A DNA stretch of 64,000 nucleotides from Acutalibacteraceae bacterium (GCA_045587045.1 JAZNBM010000142.1:3163-67162), one strand, 5' to 3'. Numbered from the stretch's first letter, positions 1 through 10,640 are shown. The notes: generated by a model not told the origin, from the letters alone. A program made the numbers and translations.

Positions 1-1320
1 CTCGATGAAGCTGATATATTCCTGCATTGAGTGAATTGACTCTTTAAGCAACTCTTTGTTGTTATATGCAAGATAAATCTGCCACGGACAAACCGTTACG
101 GCATCCGCCCATGCGGCAGAGCATTCATCATCCGTGCCGAAAACGTCGGGGATAACGTGAGGAATTGTACCCCACTGTGTCTGGTCAGCTCTGAGATCGG
201 CAAGCCACTTGATGAAAAAGCGCTCAACATCATAGTTATAAGCCGCTGTTCTGATAAACACCTGTGCATCGCCAGTCCAGCCAAGACGCTCGTCACGCTG
301 GGGGCAGTCTGTGGGCACGTCAAGGAAGTTGCCTTTCTGTCCCCAGATAATATTTGAAAAAAGCTTGTTTATCCTGCTGTCGGAGCATTCAAAATATCCT
401 GTTCTTTTGAGTTCCGAATGAACAACAATTGCAGTGAAATTATCGGGGTTAATATCGCCATCAATGCCTTCAATGCAAATATATCTGAAACCGTAGAAAT
501 TAAATGAGGGTTTATAGGTTTGTTTTGTGCCGTTGCATACAAACACAGCTTCGGCTTTTGCACCGCGTAGGTTTTCGGTGTAGAAATTACCCTGTGCATC
601 AAGCACCTCTGCGTGTCTGATGGTGATTTTCTGACCCTCTGCACCTTTAACGGTAAATTCAACGTAACCCGTAAGATTCTGACCGAAGTCAATTACCTTT
701 TCACCCTTAGGTGTGATAATCAGTTCTTTGGCCGCAAGTCTTTCAACCTCAACAACCTTTTCACCCTGTCTGTCAATCAGGATTTTATCGGGATGCGGAA
801 ATTCCGTTGCGGGCACAGGTTTTCTGTCAACGTAGGTGCTGTCATAAAGATAGCCGTTGTATATGTTTGAATATCGGGTTTTTGACTGACGTGCACGCCA
901 ATTCTTTCCGCTGTAAAGGATTTCCGTTTCGCCGTTTTTGTAAACTATCTCAAGAGCACAAAGCAGAGCAACCTCTTTTGCGCCTATATAGTCGCCGCCG
1001 TAATGGAAAGGCTGAGCCATATAGTTACCTCTCCAGCCGGGTGCAACACCAACCTGAATTCGGTTGTTGCGGCGGATAAGGTCGGTAACATCATAGCTGT
1101 CTACCTGCAGACGCTTGTTATACGAAGTCCAACCGGGCGCAAAAATAAAATCACCCACTCTGATCCCGTTAATTTTTGCTTCATAAACACCCAGCGCGGT
1201 TATTTCAAGCGTTGCACCGGCAATTTCTCCTTCTGCGGAAAAAGATTTTCCGAACTCAATTGCCCTGTCAACGTAAACCATCGGATGTCTTATCCATTTC
1301 GCATTATGAATATTTTTCAT
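1..1320 (-). CDS. Alpha-L-rhamnosidase, glycoside hydrolase family 78 (N-terminal part; runs off the left edge)
   Basis: Not in the ORF track. Manual translation from ATG at 1320 (RBS AAGGAGG) gives ITALGVYEAKINGIRVGDFIFAPGWTSYNKRLQ, PSFNFYGFRY and IIWGQKGNFLDVPTDCPQRDERLGWTGDAQVF, hallmark GH78 motifs, all in one frame. Confidence 0.93.
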   Translation of the reverse strand, partial: MKNIHNAKWIRHPMVYVDRAIEFGKSFSAEGEIAGATLEITALGVYEAKINGIRVGDFIFAPGWTSYNKRLQVDSYDVTDLIRRNNRIQVGVAPGWRGNYMAQPFHYGGDYIGAKEVALLCALEIVYKNGETEILYSGKNWRARQSKTRYSNIYNGYLYDSTYVDRKPVPATEFPHPDKILIDRQGEKVVEVERLAAKELIITPKGEKVIDFGQNLTGYVEFTVKGAEGQKITIRHAEVLDAQGNFYTENLRGAKAEAVFVCNGTKQTYKPSFNFYGFRYICIEGIDGDINPDNFTAIVVHSELKRTGYFECSDSRINKLFSNIIWGQKGNFLDVPTDCPQRDERLGWTGDAQVFIRTAAYNYDVERFFIKWLADLRADQTQWGTIPHVIPDVFGTDDECSAAWADAVTVCPWQIYLAYNNKELLKESIHSMQEYISFIE

Positions 1321-1455
1321 ATTCGCCCTCCTTATTATCGGGAATGGTTTTATTTTATACTATAAAAATCTAAAAAGCAATAAAAGTATTGAATAAATCA
1401 AAAATATCTGTTAGAATACATTATTATAATAAAGTTTCTGAAAGGACTTGCTTTT

Positions 1456-2247
1456 ATGAAAAAGATTATCTCTGCTGTTCTGGTTGCTGTTCTTATGCTC
1501 ACAACATTTGCAGCTTGCGGCAACAAGAATTCCGACGATAAAAAGGATACCAAACCCCAGGTTGCCGCTCCGTTTGAGTTTATCTCAAAATCAGGCAAAA
1601 AGGATTTTACCAATGCTGACGGCAAAGTTGTATATAAGGTTGAATATAACGTTCCCTGGCTTGACGATACTTACAGCGATGAAGCCAAAATACAGTTCAA
1701 CAATTATATTCAGGTTGAATTCCTTGACACCGTTTTTGCATTTGCCGAAAACAATGTTAAAAACGTAAGACCAAACGAAACCGAACCCAGAACAATAAAA
1801 ATCAGCTATAAGCCTGTTTATAAGCTTGATAACGTTCTGAGCGTGGTTATTTCAACCGCATATTCCTCAAACAGCTCCATCGATGTTTACAGAACATTCA
1901 ATCTTGACAACGGCTTTGTTCTTCACGCAGAAGAATTTTTCACAAAGGATATTGAAGAAACCAAAAAGGGTATTTTTGAAATCCTGCTTCCGGAAGCTGT
2001 TTCTCTTCTTCCCGCAGACAGTGAAATGAGCACAGAAGAGAAAAAAGCTCTCGCCGCAGAGAAACTTTCTTCAGGCTTTGATTCTGCAAGCTTCAGCATC
2101 GCAGATTCATATATCGCTTTTATTTACAATATCTCCGATTTTCAGGAGGGCATGGGCGCAAGTGCAGGCACACACACATTTATTATCGATGCGTCAGCCT
2201 GCGAAAACCTCGGCATTTCATTCAACCCCAAAGAGGTTCTTAAATAA
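1456..2247 (+). CDS. Lipoprotein of unknown function (possibly DUF3298/PdaC-like)
   Basis: Signal peptide with lipobox FAAC; RBS AAAGGA; RTFNLDNG segment resembles RsiV/DUF3298-like proteins. Confidence 0.6.
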   Translation: MKKIISAVLVAVLMLTTFAACGNKNSDDKKDTKPQVAAPFEFISKSGKKDFTNADGKVVYKVEYNVPWLDDTYSDEAKIQFNNYIQVEFLDTVFAFAENNVKNVRPNETEPRTIKISYKPVYKLDNVLSVVISTAYSSNSSIDVYRTFNLDNGFVLHAEEFFTKDIEETKKGIFEILLPEAVSLLPADSEMSTEEKKALAAEKLSSGFDSASFSIADSYIAFIYNISDFQEGMGASAGTHTFIIDASACENLGISFNPKEVLK

Positions 2248-2266
2248 TCATTCTTTTTTAAAACAG

Positions 2267-2302
2267 AAACGGGCTCACTTCGGTGAGCCCGTTTGTTCTT
2301 TT
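2267..2302. terminator. Bidirectional intrinsic terminator
   Basis: AAACGGGCTCAC-TTCG-GTGAGCCCGTTT hairpin between convergent genes. Confidence 0.85.
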
Positions 2303-2347
2303 ATTGAGTAAAATAAGTATTCTCCGTTTTGCAGATTAATTTATCAA

Positions 2348-3211
2348 TTAAAGAGCGGCGGCAATACGTGCCATTGCTTCGTTGGCTTCCTTTGTGAGAG
2401 GCAGGAAAGGTCTTCTGCAGGGACCGCAGTCGATACCGAGGTGTGTCATAATAGCCTTTTCGCAAGGAAGAACGGTATACTTGATCATTTCTGCAATGAT
2501 TTCGTTGGCTTCTGTCTGGATAGCCTGTGCGGTTGCCATATCACCTGCATTAAATGCTTCAAAAATCTTGATGAACTTGTCACCCATAAAGTTATATGTG
2601 CTGCTGATTGCACCGTCTGCGCCCATTGCAAGACCGCCGAGGCACATTTCGTCAAAGCCGTTGAATATGGTGACAGGTCTGTCAATCTTCTGCTTGAACT
2701 GATGAAGAGTGTAAAGGTCATTCGATGTGTGCTTGATGCCCATATAACGCTCGTCCTTAAACATTTCAGCTGCATAGTCGGCTGTGAAGGTAACACCGCT
2801 GCCGCCGGGGAAGTTATAAACAACCATAGGAATGTTTACGCTTGAAACGATATCGTCATAATACTTTCTGATTGCGGGGAATGAGAAGCCGTAATAGAGG
2901 GGCGCAACTGCCGAAACTGCATCGTAGCCAAGGTCTTCAGCTGTTTTTGCCATACTGATTGCTTCATCGGTTGAGATTGAGCCACAGTGAGCTATAAGCG
3001 GAACTTTGTCGCCTGCTGCTTCCTTAACAATGCGGAAAACCTCTTTGCGTTCTTCTGTGGTCATAATAAGACCTTCGCCTGTGCTGCCGCCAACGTAAAA
3101 ACCGTTGATGCCTTTTTCAAGGTTGAATTCAACAAGCTTTTTGAGCGATGCTTCGTTGATTGAATAGTCATCCTTAAAAGGTGTGAGCAGGGCTGTAAAA
3201 ATACCTTTCAT
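2348..3211 (-). CDS. nanA: N-acetylneuraminate lyase
   Basis: MKGIFTALLTPF start, GGSTGE motif, VYN tyrosine, Schiff-base K in GIKHT, GFDEM. Start placed at ATG 3211, 9 nt after GGAG. Confidence 0.85.
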   Translation of the reverse strand: MKGIFTALLTPFKDDYSINEASLKKLVEFNLEKGINGFYVGGSTGEGLIMTTEERKEVFRIVKEAAGDKVPLIAHCGSISTDEAISMAKTAEDLGYDAVSAVAPLYYGFSFPAIRKYYDDIVSSVNIPMVVYNFPGGSGVTFTADYAAEMFKDERYMGIKHTSNDLYTLHQFKQKIDRPVTIFNGFDEMCLGGLAMGADGAISSTYNFMGDKFIKIFEAFNAGDMATAQAIQTEANEIIAEMIKYTVLPCEKAIMTHLGIDCGPCRRPFLPLTKEANEAMARIAAAL

Positions 3212-3240
3212 TTTGTTCATCTCCAACAGTAAAATTTTAA

Positions 3241-4491
3241 TTATTCATATAAGGGATACTTGCGGCAGATTTCGTTTACACCTTCTCTGATTTTATCAGC
3301 ACTGTTTTCAAAATCTGTTGCGCAAAGATAAATGAATTCTGCAATTTTATCCATATCCTCTTCAACAAGACCTCTTGAAGTTGCCGCAGCTGTACCGAGT
3401 CTGACACCGCTTGTTACAAACGGCTTTTCGGGGTCGTTGGGGATTGCGTTCTTGTTTGCCGTGATATAAACCTCGTCAAGTCTGCGCTCAAGCTCCTTGC
3501 CTGTGATGCCGAGTGAACGAAGGTCAACAAGAATAAGGTGGTTATCTGTGCCGCCCGAAACAAGGTTTACACCCCTTGAGGTAAGACCCTTTGCAAGAGC
3601 CGCGCAGTTAGCAACAATCTGCTTCTGATATTCTTTGAATTCAGGCTTAAGAGCTTCGCCGAAGCAAACAGCCTTTGCTGCGATAACGTGCATAAGAGGA
3701 CCGCCCTGATTGCCGGGGAAAATAGCCTTGTTGATAGCAGCTTCGAGCTCTGCCTTGCAAAGAATGAGACCGCCTCTGGGACCTCTGAGAGTTTTGTGGG
3801 TGGTGGTTGTTACGATGTCTGCATAGGGCACGGGTGAAGGATGGAGACCTGCGGCAACAAGACCCGCAATGTGAGCCATATCAACCATAAAATACGCACC
3901 GACTGACTTTGCAATTTTTGAGATGCGTTCAAAGTCAATTGTTCTTGCATATGCGGAAGCGCCCGCAACAATGAGCTTGGGTTTTGCTTCATTTGCAACT
4001 CTTTCAAGCTCATCATAATCAATAAAACCGTCGTCACTTACGCCGTAAGGAACAAACTTATAAAGCTTACCGCTTGCATTAACGGGTGAGCCGTGTGTAA
4101 GGTGTCCGCCGTGAGCAAGATTCATACCCATAACAACGTCACCGGGCTGAATGATTGCGGAATATGCCGCCATATTTGCCTGTGCGCCCGAGTGAGGCTG
4201 AACGTTGGCTGCCTCTGCACCAAAGAGCTCTTTTGCCCTGTCAATAGCAAGCTGTTCAACAACGTCAACGCATTCACAGCCGCCGTAATATCTCTTTCCG
4301 GGATAGCCTTCTGCATATTTGTTGGTCAAAACACTGCCCATTGCAGCCATAACTGCAGGCGAAACAATGTTTTCGGATGCGATAAGCTCAATGTTTCTTC
4401 TCTGTCTGCCGAGTTCAGCCGCCATAGCGTCGCCAATCTCTTTATCATACTTTGAAACAAAGCTTATTGTATCAAGATAATCTGAAAACAT
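3241..4491 (-). CDS. glyA: Serine hydroxymethyltransferase
   Basis: [42 protein letters not shown]. Confidence 0.98.
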   Translation of the reverse strand: MFSDYLDTISFVSKYDKEIGDAMAAELGRQRRNIELIASENIVSPAVMAAMGSVLTNKYAEGYPGKRYYGGCECVDVVEQLAIDRAKELFGAEAANVQPHSGAQANMAAYSAIIQPGDVVMGMNLAHGGHLTHGSPVNASGKLYKFVPYGVSDDGFIDYDELERVANEAKPKLIVAGASAYARTIDFERISKIAKSVGAYFMVDMAHIAGLVAAGLHPSPVPYADIVTTTTHKTLRGPRGGLILCKAELEAAINKAIFPGNQGGPLMHVIAAKAVCFGEALKPEFKEYQKQIVANCAALAKGLTSRGVNLVSGGTDNHLILVDLRSLGITGKELERRLDEVYITANKNAIPNDPEKPFVTSGVRLGTAAATSRGLVEEDMDKIAEFIYLCATDFENSADKIREGVNEICRKYPLYE

Positions 4492-4586
4492 AGGAAAATC
4501 CCCCTCAAAGCTATATTTATCTATTATAATCAAATAATATCACGAAAACAAACTGTTTGTCAAACCGCATTATTAACAAAAAATAC

Positions 4587-4615
4587 TTGTATTCTTCTTT
4601 TAAATAGGTTATACT
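4587..4615 (+). promoter_or_regulatory. Sigma-A-type promoter
   Basis: TTGTAT-17nt-TATACT upstream of the ORF at 4646. Confidence 0.55.
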
Positions 4616-4645
4616 GTATGGGAATATATATAAGGAGATGAATCC

Positions 4646-6448
4646 ATGGACCCTATCAAGGTTGATTTTTCGCGCAAAGACGGCAGCAGAAAAAACGATA
4701 TCGTTGTGCCGCCTGAAAGAGCAGCATTAAAAATAATTTTAAGCGTTCTCTGTTCACTTGTTTTTGCAGCAATTCTTTTCTACTTTATGCTCCCCGCAAT
4801 TAACTTCATGGCAATAGAATTCTATATCTATCTTGCCGCAGTTTTTGCTTCTTATGTCGTTTTCAATGCGATATTCACAAAAGCAATTGCAAAGCCCGAG
4901 TATATCCCCTACGTTAAAAAGCAGGCAAGAGTGCCCGGCATTCTTATTGCCGCCCTTGTCCTTGTTGTAGGCGTTGGCTATCTTTTCTCCTGCCAGCTCT
5001 TCAGAGCAAAGGATTACAGCAAAATCATCACCGTCAGCGATGCTGATTTTGCAGAAAGCATTGATGCACAGACCATTGAGACTTTTGCCGAGGTTCCCAG
5101 ACTTGACGGCGATTCCGCAAACCAGATTGCTACCAGAGGTCTTGGTGACCTTGCAAAATACGGTCTTGAATCACAGTATAAAGTTTCTGAAGAAAACAAC
5201 ATCCAGATTAACTTCCAGGGCAAACCCACCCGAGTTGTTCCCCTTGAATATGATAATATCATTAAGTGGGTTTACAACACAAGGCACGGTATCCCCGGTT
5301 ATATTCAGATTGATATGTCCAGCATGGAACAGCAGCTTGTAAAGCTTGCTGACGGCAAGTTTATCAGATACTCAACTTCCGAGCATTTCAATTATAACCT
5401 CAAGCGTCATCTTCGCTTCAAGTATCCCACTTATATGTTCGGCGATGCATCGTTTGAGATCAACGAAGCAGGCGCTCCCTATTGGGTAAGCCCCATTCTT
5501 GATAAAACCATCGGTCTTTTCGGCGGCGAAGATGTTAAGGGTATCATTCTTGTTGATGCCGTAACAGGTGCCTGCACGGAATATTCTCTTGACCAGATCA
5601 AAAATAACAAAGACCTTTTCTGGATTGACCGCGTTTATGATTCAGACCTTGTTGTTGAACAGTACGATTATTACGGCAAATACCGTGACGGCTTCTTCAA
5701 CTCCCTTCTCGGTCAGAAAAACGTTGTTGCATCCACAGACGGCTATAACTACATCGCACAGGACGGCGACGTTTGGCTTTACACCGGCGTAACCTCTGTT
5801 ACAGGCGATAACTCACTTGTAGGCTTTGTTCTTGTAAACCAGAGAACAAAAGAAACCAAGTTCTATGAGGTTGCAGGCGGTACGGAAAGCTCCGCTCAGT
5901 ACTCCGCTCAGGGTATCGTAAGAGACCTTCAGTACACTGCTACCTTCCCCATTCTTCTCAATATCGGCGGCGAACCCACCTACTTTATGTCACTCAAGGA
6001 CGATAACAACATCGTTCAGCAGTGCGCACTTGTCAACGTCCGTCAGTATAACAACATCAGAGCTCAGGATAAGGACCTTGCAAAATGTCTTGAGAAATAT
6101 CTTACAGAGCTTGGTAACGCAAACGTTGATTTCGATGCTGAAGGTCTTGAGCAGACAGATAAACCCGCAACAGACGATAAACCTGCTGCAACAACCGTTA
6201 CAGGCGTTATTGCAGATATCAGAACTGCAGTCAAGGGCGGCGAAAGCTACTATTACATCAAGCTTGATTCAAATGAGGCATATTTCTCATTTGCCGCAAA
6301 GGATAACGAAAACGTAGTTATCCTCAACAAGGGCGACAACGTTGAGATTTCCTATAACGGCGAAGCAAAAGATGCTATTGTTGCCGCAAGCTCAATCAAG
6401 GCTGTTATTGCAAAACCCGAAGCCCCTGAAACAACCCCCGCAGAATAA
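4646..6448 (+). CDS. Membrane protein with three N-terminal TM helices and a large extracellular domain, function unknown
   Basis: 600 aa ORF, RBS AAGGAG, hydrophobic N-terminus, biased codon usage. Confidence 0.7.
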   Translation: MDPIKVDFSRKDGSRKNDIVVPPERAALKIILSVLCSLVFAAILFYFMLPAINFMAIEFYIYLAAVFASYVVFNAIFTKAIAKPEYIPYVKKQARVPGILIAALVLVVGVGYLFSCQLFRAKDYSKIITVSDADFAESIDAQTIETFAEVPRLDGDSANQIATRGLGDLAKYGLESQYKVSEENNIQINFQGKPTRVVPLEYDNIIKWVYNTRHGIPGYIQIDMSSMEQQLVKLADGKFIRYSTSEHFNYNLKRHLRFKYPTYMFGDASFEINEAGAPYWVSPILDKTIGLFGGEDVKGIILVDAVTGACTEYSLDQIKNNKDLFWIDRVYDSDLVVEQYDYYGKYRDGFFNSLLGQKNVVASTDGYNYIAQDGDVWLYTGVTSVTGDNSLVGFVLVNQRTKETKFYEVAGGTESSAQYSAQGIVRDLQYTATFPILLNIGGEPTYFMSLKDDNNIVQQCALVNVRQYNNIRAQDKDLAKCLEKYLTELGNANVDFDAEGLEQTDKPATDDKPAATTVTGVIADIRTAVKGGESYYYIKLDSNEAYFSFAAKDNENVVILNKGDNVEISYNGEAKDAIVAASSIKAVIAKPEAPETTPAE

Positions 6449-6453
6449 ACAAC

Positions 6454-6483
6454 AAAAGCCGCTTCTTAATCGGAGCGGCTTTG
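6454..6483 (+). terminator. Intrinsic terminator
   Basis: AAAAGCCGCTTC-TTAATC-GGAGCGGCTTTT. Confidence 0.7.
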
Positions 6484-6514
6484 ATTATAAAGTTTCTTTT
6501 CTGGAAGGAATTAT

Positions 6515-7762
6515 ATGGAATATTACGAAAACAAACAAGAGCCCGAAAAAGCCGTGCTTATTGCCGTTGATACGGGCGAATATAACTGCGAAACTTCACT
6601 TGATGAGCTGGAGGAGCTTGCCGCAACGGCAGGCGCACAGGTTGTGGGCAGAATGTGGCAAAAAAGAGAAAGACCCGATTCCGCAACCTTTCTTGGCAGC
6701 GGCAGAGTGGAAGAACTTGCCGAATTCTGCAAAAACAACGAGATAGACCTTGTTATTGCCGACAGTGAGCTTTCACCCGCACAGCTTCGCAATATCGAAA
6801 AAGAAACAGACACAAGAGTTGTTGACAGAACAACACTGATTCTTGATATCTTTGCAGACAGAGCAAGAAGCAACGAGGGTAAGCTTCAGGTTGAGCTTGC
6901 TCAGCTTAAATATTCTCTGCCAAGGCTTACGGGCAAAGGCATTCAGCTCTCAAGGCTCGGCGGCGGTATCGGCACAAGAGGTCCCGGTGAAACAAAGCTT
7001 GAAACCGACAGACGTCACATCAGGCGCAGGGTAAAATCACTCGAAGAAGAGCTTGAATCTCTTGAAAAACGCAGGGGTCTTGCAAGGGCAAGGCGCGAAA
7101 AGGACGGCGTTGAAACCGTTGTTATTGTCGGCTATACCAACGCAGGCAAATCCACGCTGATGAATACCCTCACCGAAGCAGGCGTGCTTGCACAGGACAA
7201 GCTTTTTGCAACTCTCGACCCCACCTCAAGAGCCCTCACCCTGCCCGACGGCAGAAAAGTTATGCTCATTGACACGGTTGGTTTTATCCGCCGTTTGCCG
7301 CATAATCTGGTTGAAGCTTTTAAGTCCACCCTCGAAGAAGCGGTTTGCGCAAAAGTAATTCTCAACGTTTGCGATGCTTCCGACCCTGAATGTGCGGAAC
7401 ATCTTGAGGTCACAAGTGACCTTCTCAATGAGCTCGGCTGCAGCGGTAAGCCGACTATTCCCGTTTTCAACAAATGTGACCTTGCCGAAGCCAATCTCTT
7501 CCTTTTCAATGAGCCCAATGCCGTCAGGATTTCCGCCCTTGAAAAAACGGGACTTGACGAGCTTCTTGATGCAATCTCAAAAGCATTGCCGCCGACAAGG
7601 GCAAGAGTTAAAATGCTTATTCCCTATTCAGACGGTGCGGCAGGTGCCGTTCTGCGCAAAGACGGCGTTATTCAGTTTGAGGAATACCGTGCAGACGGTT
7701 TGTTTCTTGACCTGATTGCAGATGTTTATCTGATAGACAAATACAAGAATTATTGTGTATAA
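6515..7762 (+). CDS. hflX: Ribosome-splitting GTPase HflX
   Basis: LILDIFA, GGGIGTRGPGETKLE, VGYTNAGKST, DKLFATLD, DTVGFI, NKCD. Confidence 0.97.
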   Translation: MEYYENKQEPEKAVLIAVDTGEYNCETSLDELEELAATAGAQVVGRMWQKRERPDSATFLGSGRVEELAEFCKNNEIDLVIADSELSPAQLRNIEKETDTRVVDRTTLILDIFADRARSNEGKLQVELAQLKYSLPRLTGKGIQLSRLGGGIGTRGPGETKLETDRRHIRRRVKSLEEELESLEKRRGLARARREKDGVETVVIVGYTNAGKSTLMNTLTEAGVLAQDKLFATLDPTSRALTLPDGRKVMLIDTVGFIRRLPHNLVEAFKSTLEEAVCAKVILNVCDASDPECAEHLEVTSDLLNELGCSGKPTIPVFNKCDLAEANLFLFNEPNAVRISALEKTGLDELLDAISKALPPTRARVKMLIPYSDGAAGAVLRKDGVIQFEEYRADGLFLDLIADVYLIDKYKNYCV

Positions 7763-7789
7763 CTTAATGAATTGTTAATATTATGCTTG

Positions 7790-7818
7790 TTGACAAACGG
7801 CAGACGTTAGGTTATAAT
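7790..7818 (+). promoter_or_regulatory. Consensus sigma-A promoter
   Basis: TTGACA-17nt-TATAAT, perfect consensus. Confidence 0.85.
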
Positions 7819-7876
7819 GTTGCCGTAAACTCCCGTTTGAGGAGTATCTGAATAATTTTTAAAGGGGGATTTTTCA

Positions 7877-8059
7877 ATGGAATTCAACACACAGGGCATT
7901 CAGGACCTTATCCTTGCAGCAGCAAACGCTCTTGCAAACCTCGATCTCAAGACGATTGAACTTGACTGGCTCGCTGAGCTTCTTACAAAGTACAGCCACA
8001 TCTGGAACCCCATCTGGGCAGCAGTAAACGTTTTCCTTGAGAGATGGTTCGGCTTCTAA
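7877..8059 (+). CDS. Small 60-aa protein of unknown function
   Basis: Own consensus promoter, RBS AAGGGGGA, biased codons, downstream terminator. Confidence 0.85.
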   Translation: MEFNTQGIQDLILAAANALANLDLKTIELDWLAELLTKYSHIWNPIWAAVNVFLERWFGF

Positions 8060-8063
8060 AAGC

Positions 8064-8103
8064 AAAAAGACAGGCTCGCAGTTTTGCGAGCCTGTTATTT
8101 TTT
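8064..8103. terminator. Bidirectional intrinsic terminator
   Basis: ACAGGCTCGCA-GTTT-TGCGAGCCTGT flanked by A and T tracts. Confidence 0.85.
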
Positions 8104-10013
8104 TATCTTATGAATGCTGAAGTGAGGGTGTAGAACATCAGAGTGTAAATCATTGAAACCAGCTCATAAAGGCCGAGGTTTTTAAGAAGCTTTGCAAAGC
8201 CCTCGCCGATAACGTTATCAAGCGGAGTTTTTGCTGCGGCAGAAACCGTTCCGCCCTCGTAATCAACGGCATCGCCGTTCATAATGTTGAAGTTCTGTGT
8301 TCTGTAACCAAGCGGTGATACGGTATCCATAGTGTAATAAACCGTTATGCTGAACACCTTTTTGCTTACCTCGGGAACAGCGCCCGTGAAGGGAACCTCA
8401 ATGCTCTCGCCGGGGGCAAGAGTAACCTTTTCAAGATTGAACCTGATATCCAGACCGTCAACGTGAATTGCAGTAAGCTTAACGTTGTTTTTCTTGCAGC
8501 AGTTTGTTATAACAAGGCTTGTTGCCTCGCCGTCAAGAATACCGGGGTCTGCTGTGTTGAATTCGGTATAAACTGCGTGTGAGGGGTTTGACGTATCTCT
8601 GAACTGAGGATAATCGGGGTCACTGTAAACGTCGGTAATCTCATCTGTGAGAAGTGTTGTGAGAAGCAGGTTAGCAGTGTAATCATCCTTAAAGGTCATA
8701 CCGTGGAAAAGACCGTCAACAAACCAGGTGTTGTCGGGCAGATATGCGGTTGAAGCATCGATATCCATATCGGGGCTGATTTTGTTTTTGCCGCCGCAAG
8801 GATTCTTCTGAACGTAACCGTCTGCAAATCTTTCACCAAGAGGCGCGCAATAAGCGCCTGTTGATGCGTTTGTGGTAATGATGCCGTCTGAATTTTCCAT
8901 AAGACCGGTAACAATTCTGTTGCCCGTGCCTGAAATGATGGTGATATTCATACCGTAATCATCAATGCATTTCTGCATCTTTTCACCCATTGTAGGCAGA
9001 AGCTCATAGTGGAAACGGTCACACTTTTCAATCAGAGCGGCACTTTCAACGGGGTCAAGAAGCTTTTCTTTAAGATATTCATACTTTTCTGCAGGGCAGA
9101 AATCCCAAAGGCTGCCCCAGTAACCGAGAACGGGGAAAATCTTGGGAATAAGCTCTTCAAGAATCTTATCAACAAAACCGAGCTGCTGTGCTTTTACAAG
9201 CCAGTTATAATCCTCCTCGGTCATTGTTCCGTGTTCAATGAAACGGACAAGGCACTCTTCGTCAAAATCGATTTCTGCATTGAATGCATCATAAAGGATA
9301 CCTGCACCGCCGATGGCAGGCACTGTGAGCACTGCATTATCAACGTCGCCGAGATGACCGTAAAGGTTGAGGTATGTTGCGGTTACCTGACCGCCGTGGC
9401 TGAGAGCAAAAATATTAACTTTATCTTTACCTGTCTCTTTTTTGACATCCTGAATGAACTCGTGAAGCATATTTGCGCAGGTTTCGGCGCCCATTCTGAA
9501 ATCGCTTGTGAAGTTATAGATATTTTCAACACCAACGTGCTCGGCAATAGCCTCTGCAATTTCCTGCTCGTGGCGGTCGTCTGTTTCTGTCATATGCTCC
9601 AGCATATAAGCGCTGTTGCATTCTTTTGCGGTAATATATTTACGCTTAACTTCGTATGCACTTGAGCCGTCGGGATTACAACGGATTTTTTCAAACATAA
9701 CCGTCATTTCTTCACCCAGAGTATCCGCAATATGCTTTGCGTTGCCAACTGTGAGGGAAGCACCCAGACCGATGCCAAGGTCAACAATTCTTGCAAGAAC
9801 TCTTTCAAGAATAAGGTCCATATTAAGACCCCATACCTTTTCACCCGTTTCAAAGCTGTCACCGATATAAAGGGTGGTTGCACTGTAACCGGGAACAATA
9901 ATAACGGGATAATCGGAAATTTCGCTTTCTTCTGTGATGTGTGCCGTTGCACCGCTTGCACAGATTGCAAAAAGCATTGCAACACAAAGCAAGACTGAAA
10001 TTAATTTTTTCAT
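8103..10013 (-). CDS. Secreted alpha/beta-hydrolase (lipase/LCAT-like) with C-terminal beta-rich domain
   Basis: Signal peptide MKKLISVLL..., PVIIVPGY oxyanion motif, nucleophile elbow FALSHGG, SDGII. Confidence 0.7.
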   Translation of the reverse strand: MKKLISVLLCVAMLFAICASGATAHITEESEISDYPVIIVPGYSATTLYIGDSFETGEKVWGLNMDLILERVLARIVDLGIGLGASLTVGNAKHIADTLGEEMTVMFEKIRCNPDGSSAYEVKRKYITAKECNSAYMLEHMTETDDRHEQEIAEAIAEHVGVENIYNFTSDFRMGAETCANMLHEFIQDVKKETGKDKVNIFALSHGGQVTATYLNLYGHLGDVDNAVLTVPAIGGAGILYDAFNAEIDFDEECLVRFIEHGTMTEEDYNWLVKAQQLGFVDKILEELIPKIFPVLGYWGSLWDFCPAEKYEYLKEKLLDPVESAALIEKCDRFHYELLPTMGEKMQKCIDDYGMNITIISGTGNRIVTGLMENSDGIITTNASTGAYCAPLGERFADGYVQKNPCGGKNKISPDMDIDASTAYLPDNTWFVDGLFHGMTFKDDYTANLLLTTLLTDEITDVYSDPDYPQFRDTSNPSHAVYTEFNTADPGILDGEATSLVITNCCKKNNVKLTAIHVDGLDIRFNLEKVTLAPGESIEVPFTGAVPEVSKKVFSITVYYTMDTVSPLGYRTQNFNIMNGDAVDYEGGTVSAAAKTPLDNVIGEGFAKLLKNLGLYELVSMIYTLMFYTLTSAFIR

Positions 10014-10109
10014 TGTTTCTCCGCCTTTCTGCTTCGGAATGCTTTCATTATAACATATGTTTTTATATAATTCCACCATAAAAACAAAAAAGCAATATCT
10101 TTTTCTGCA

Positions 10110-10150
10110 AAAAAAGAAAAACAGCCGGCACTCTCAAAAGTGTCGGCTGT
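10110..10150 (-). terminator. Terminator of the aro/GNAT operon
   Basis: ACAGCCGACAC...GTGCCGGCTGT followed by a T-run on the minus strand. Confidence 0.8.
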
Positions 10151-10160
10151 ATGCTTTTAA

Positions 10161-10625
10161 TCAGAGTATTATTTCCATACCTGTTTTCTGGGGAACAAGA
10201 CCGCAGGATTCATAAAAGCGCATGGCGGAAGGGTTGCAGCTCCACACGTTCAGCGTAAGATTATAGCATCCGCTGTCTTTTGCAAGCCTAACGGCGGCTT
10301 CATATAATTCCTTGCCGATATGTTTTCCGCGAAGCTTTTCGTCAACGCAAAGGTCATCGATATACAAAGTCTTTATATCTGTCAGCACCGAATCATCAAC
10401 GTGCTGCTGATAAATGCAGAAGCAATATCCCTGCACTTCATCATTTTCATCTGTTGAAACAAGTATGGGTCTGCCGCTATCCTTAAGCAGCTCTTTAAGC
10501 TCGCAGTCCGAATATTTTCTTCCGATTTTAAAAATATCAGGTCTGCCGTTGTTATGCACCAAATCAACCTGCGACAGAAGATCGCCGATTTTGGGGATAT
10601 CCTTTTCTGTTGCAAACCTTATCAT
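10161..10625 (-). CDS. GNAT family N-acetyltransferase
   Basis: LYIDDLCVDEKLRGKHIG acetyl-CoA motif A; NPSAMRFYESCG. Confidence 0.92.
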   Translation of the reverse strand: MIRFATEKDIPKIGDLLSQVDLVHNNGRPDIFKIGRKYSDCELKELLKDSGRPILVSTDENDEVQGYCFCIYQQHVDDSVLTDIKTLYIDDLCVDEKLRGKHIGKELYEAAVRLAKDSGCYNLTLNVWSCNPSAMRFYESCGLVPQKTGMEIIL

Positions 10626-10640
10626 ATTATTCTCTCCCGA

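Noticed and set aside
96-1373. Short ORFs in the track at the left edge
   Set aside because: They are shadows of the GH78 gene, which was missed because it lacks a stop within the window.
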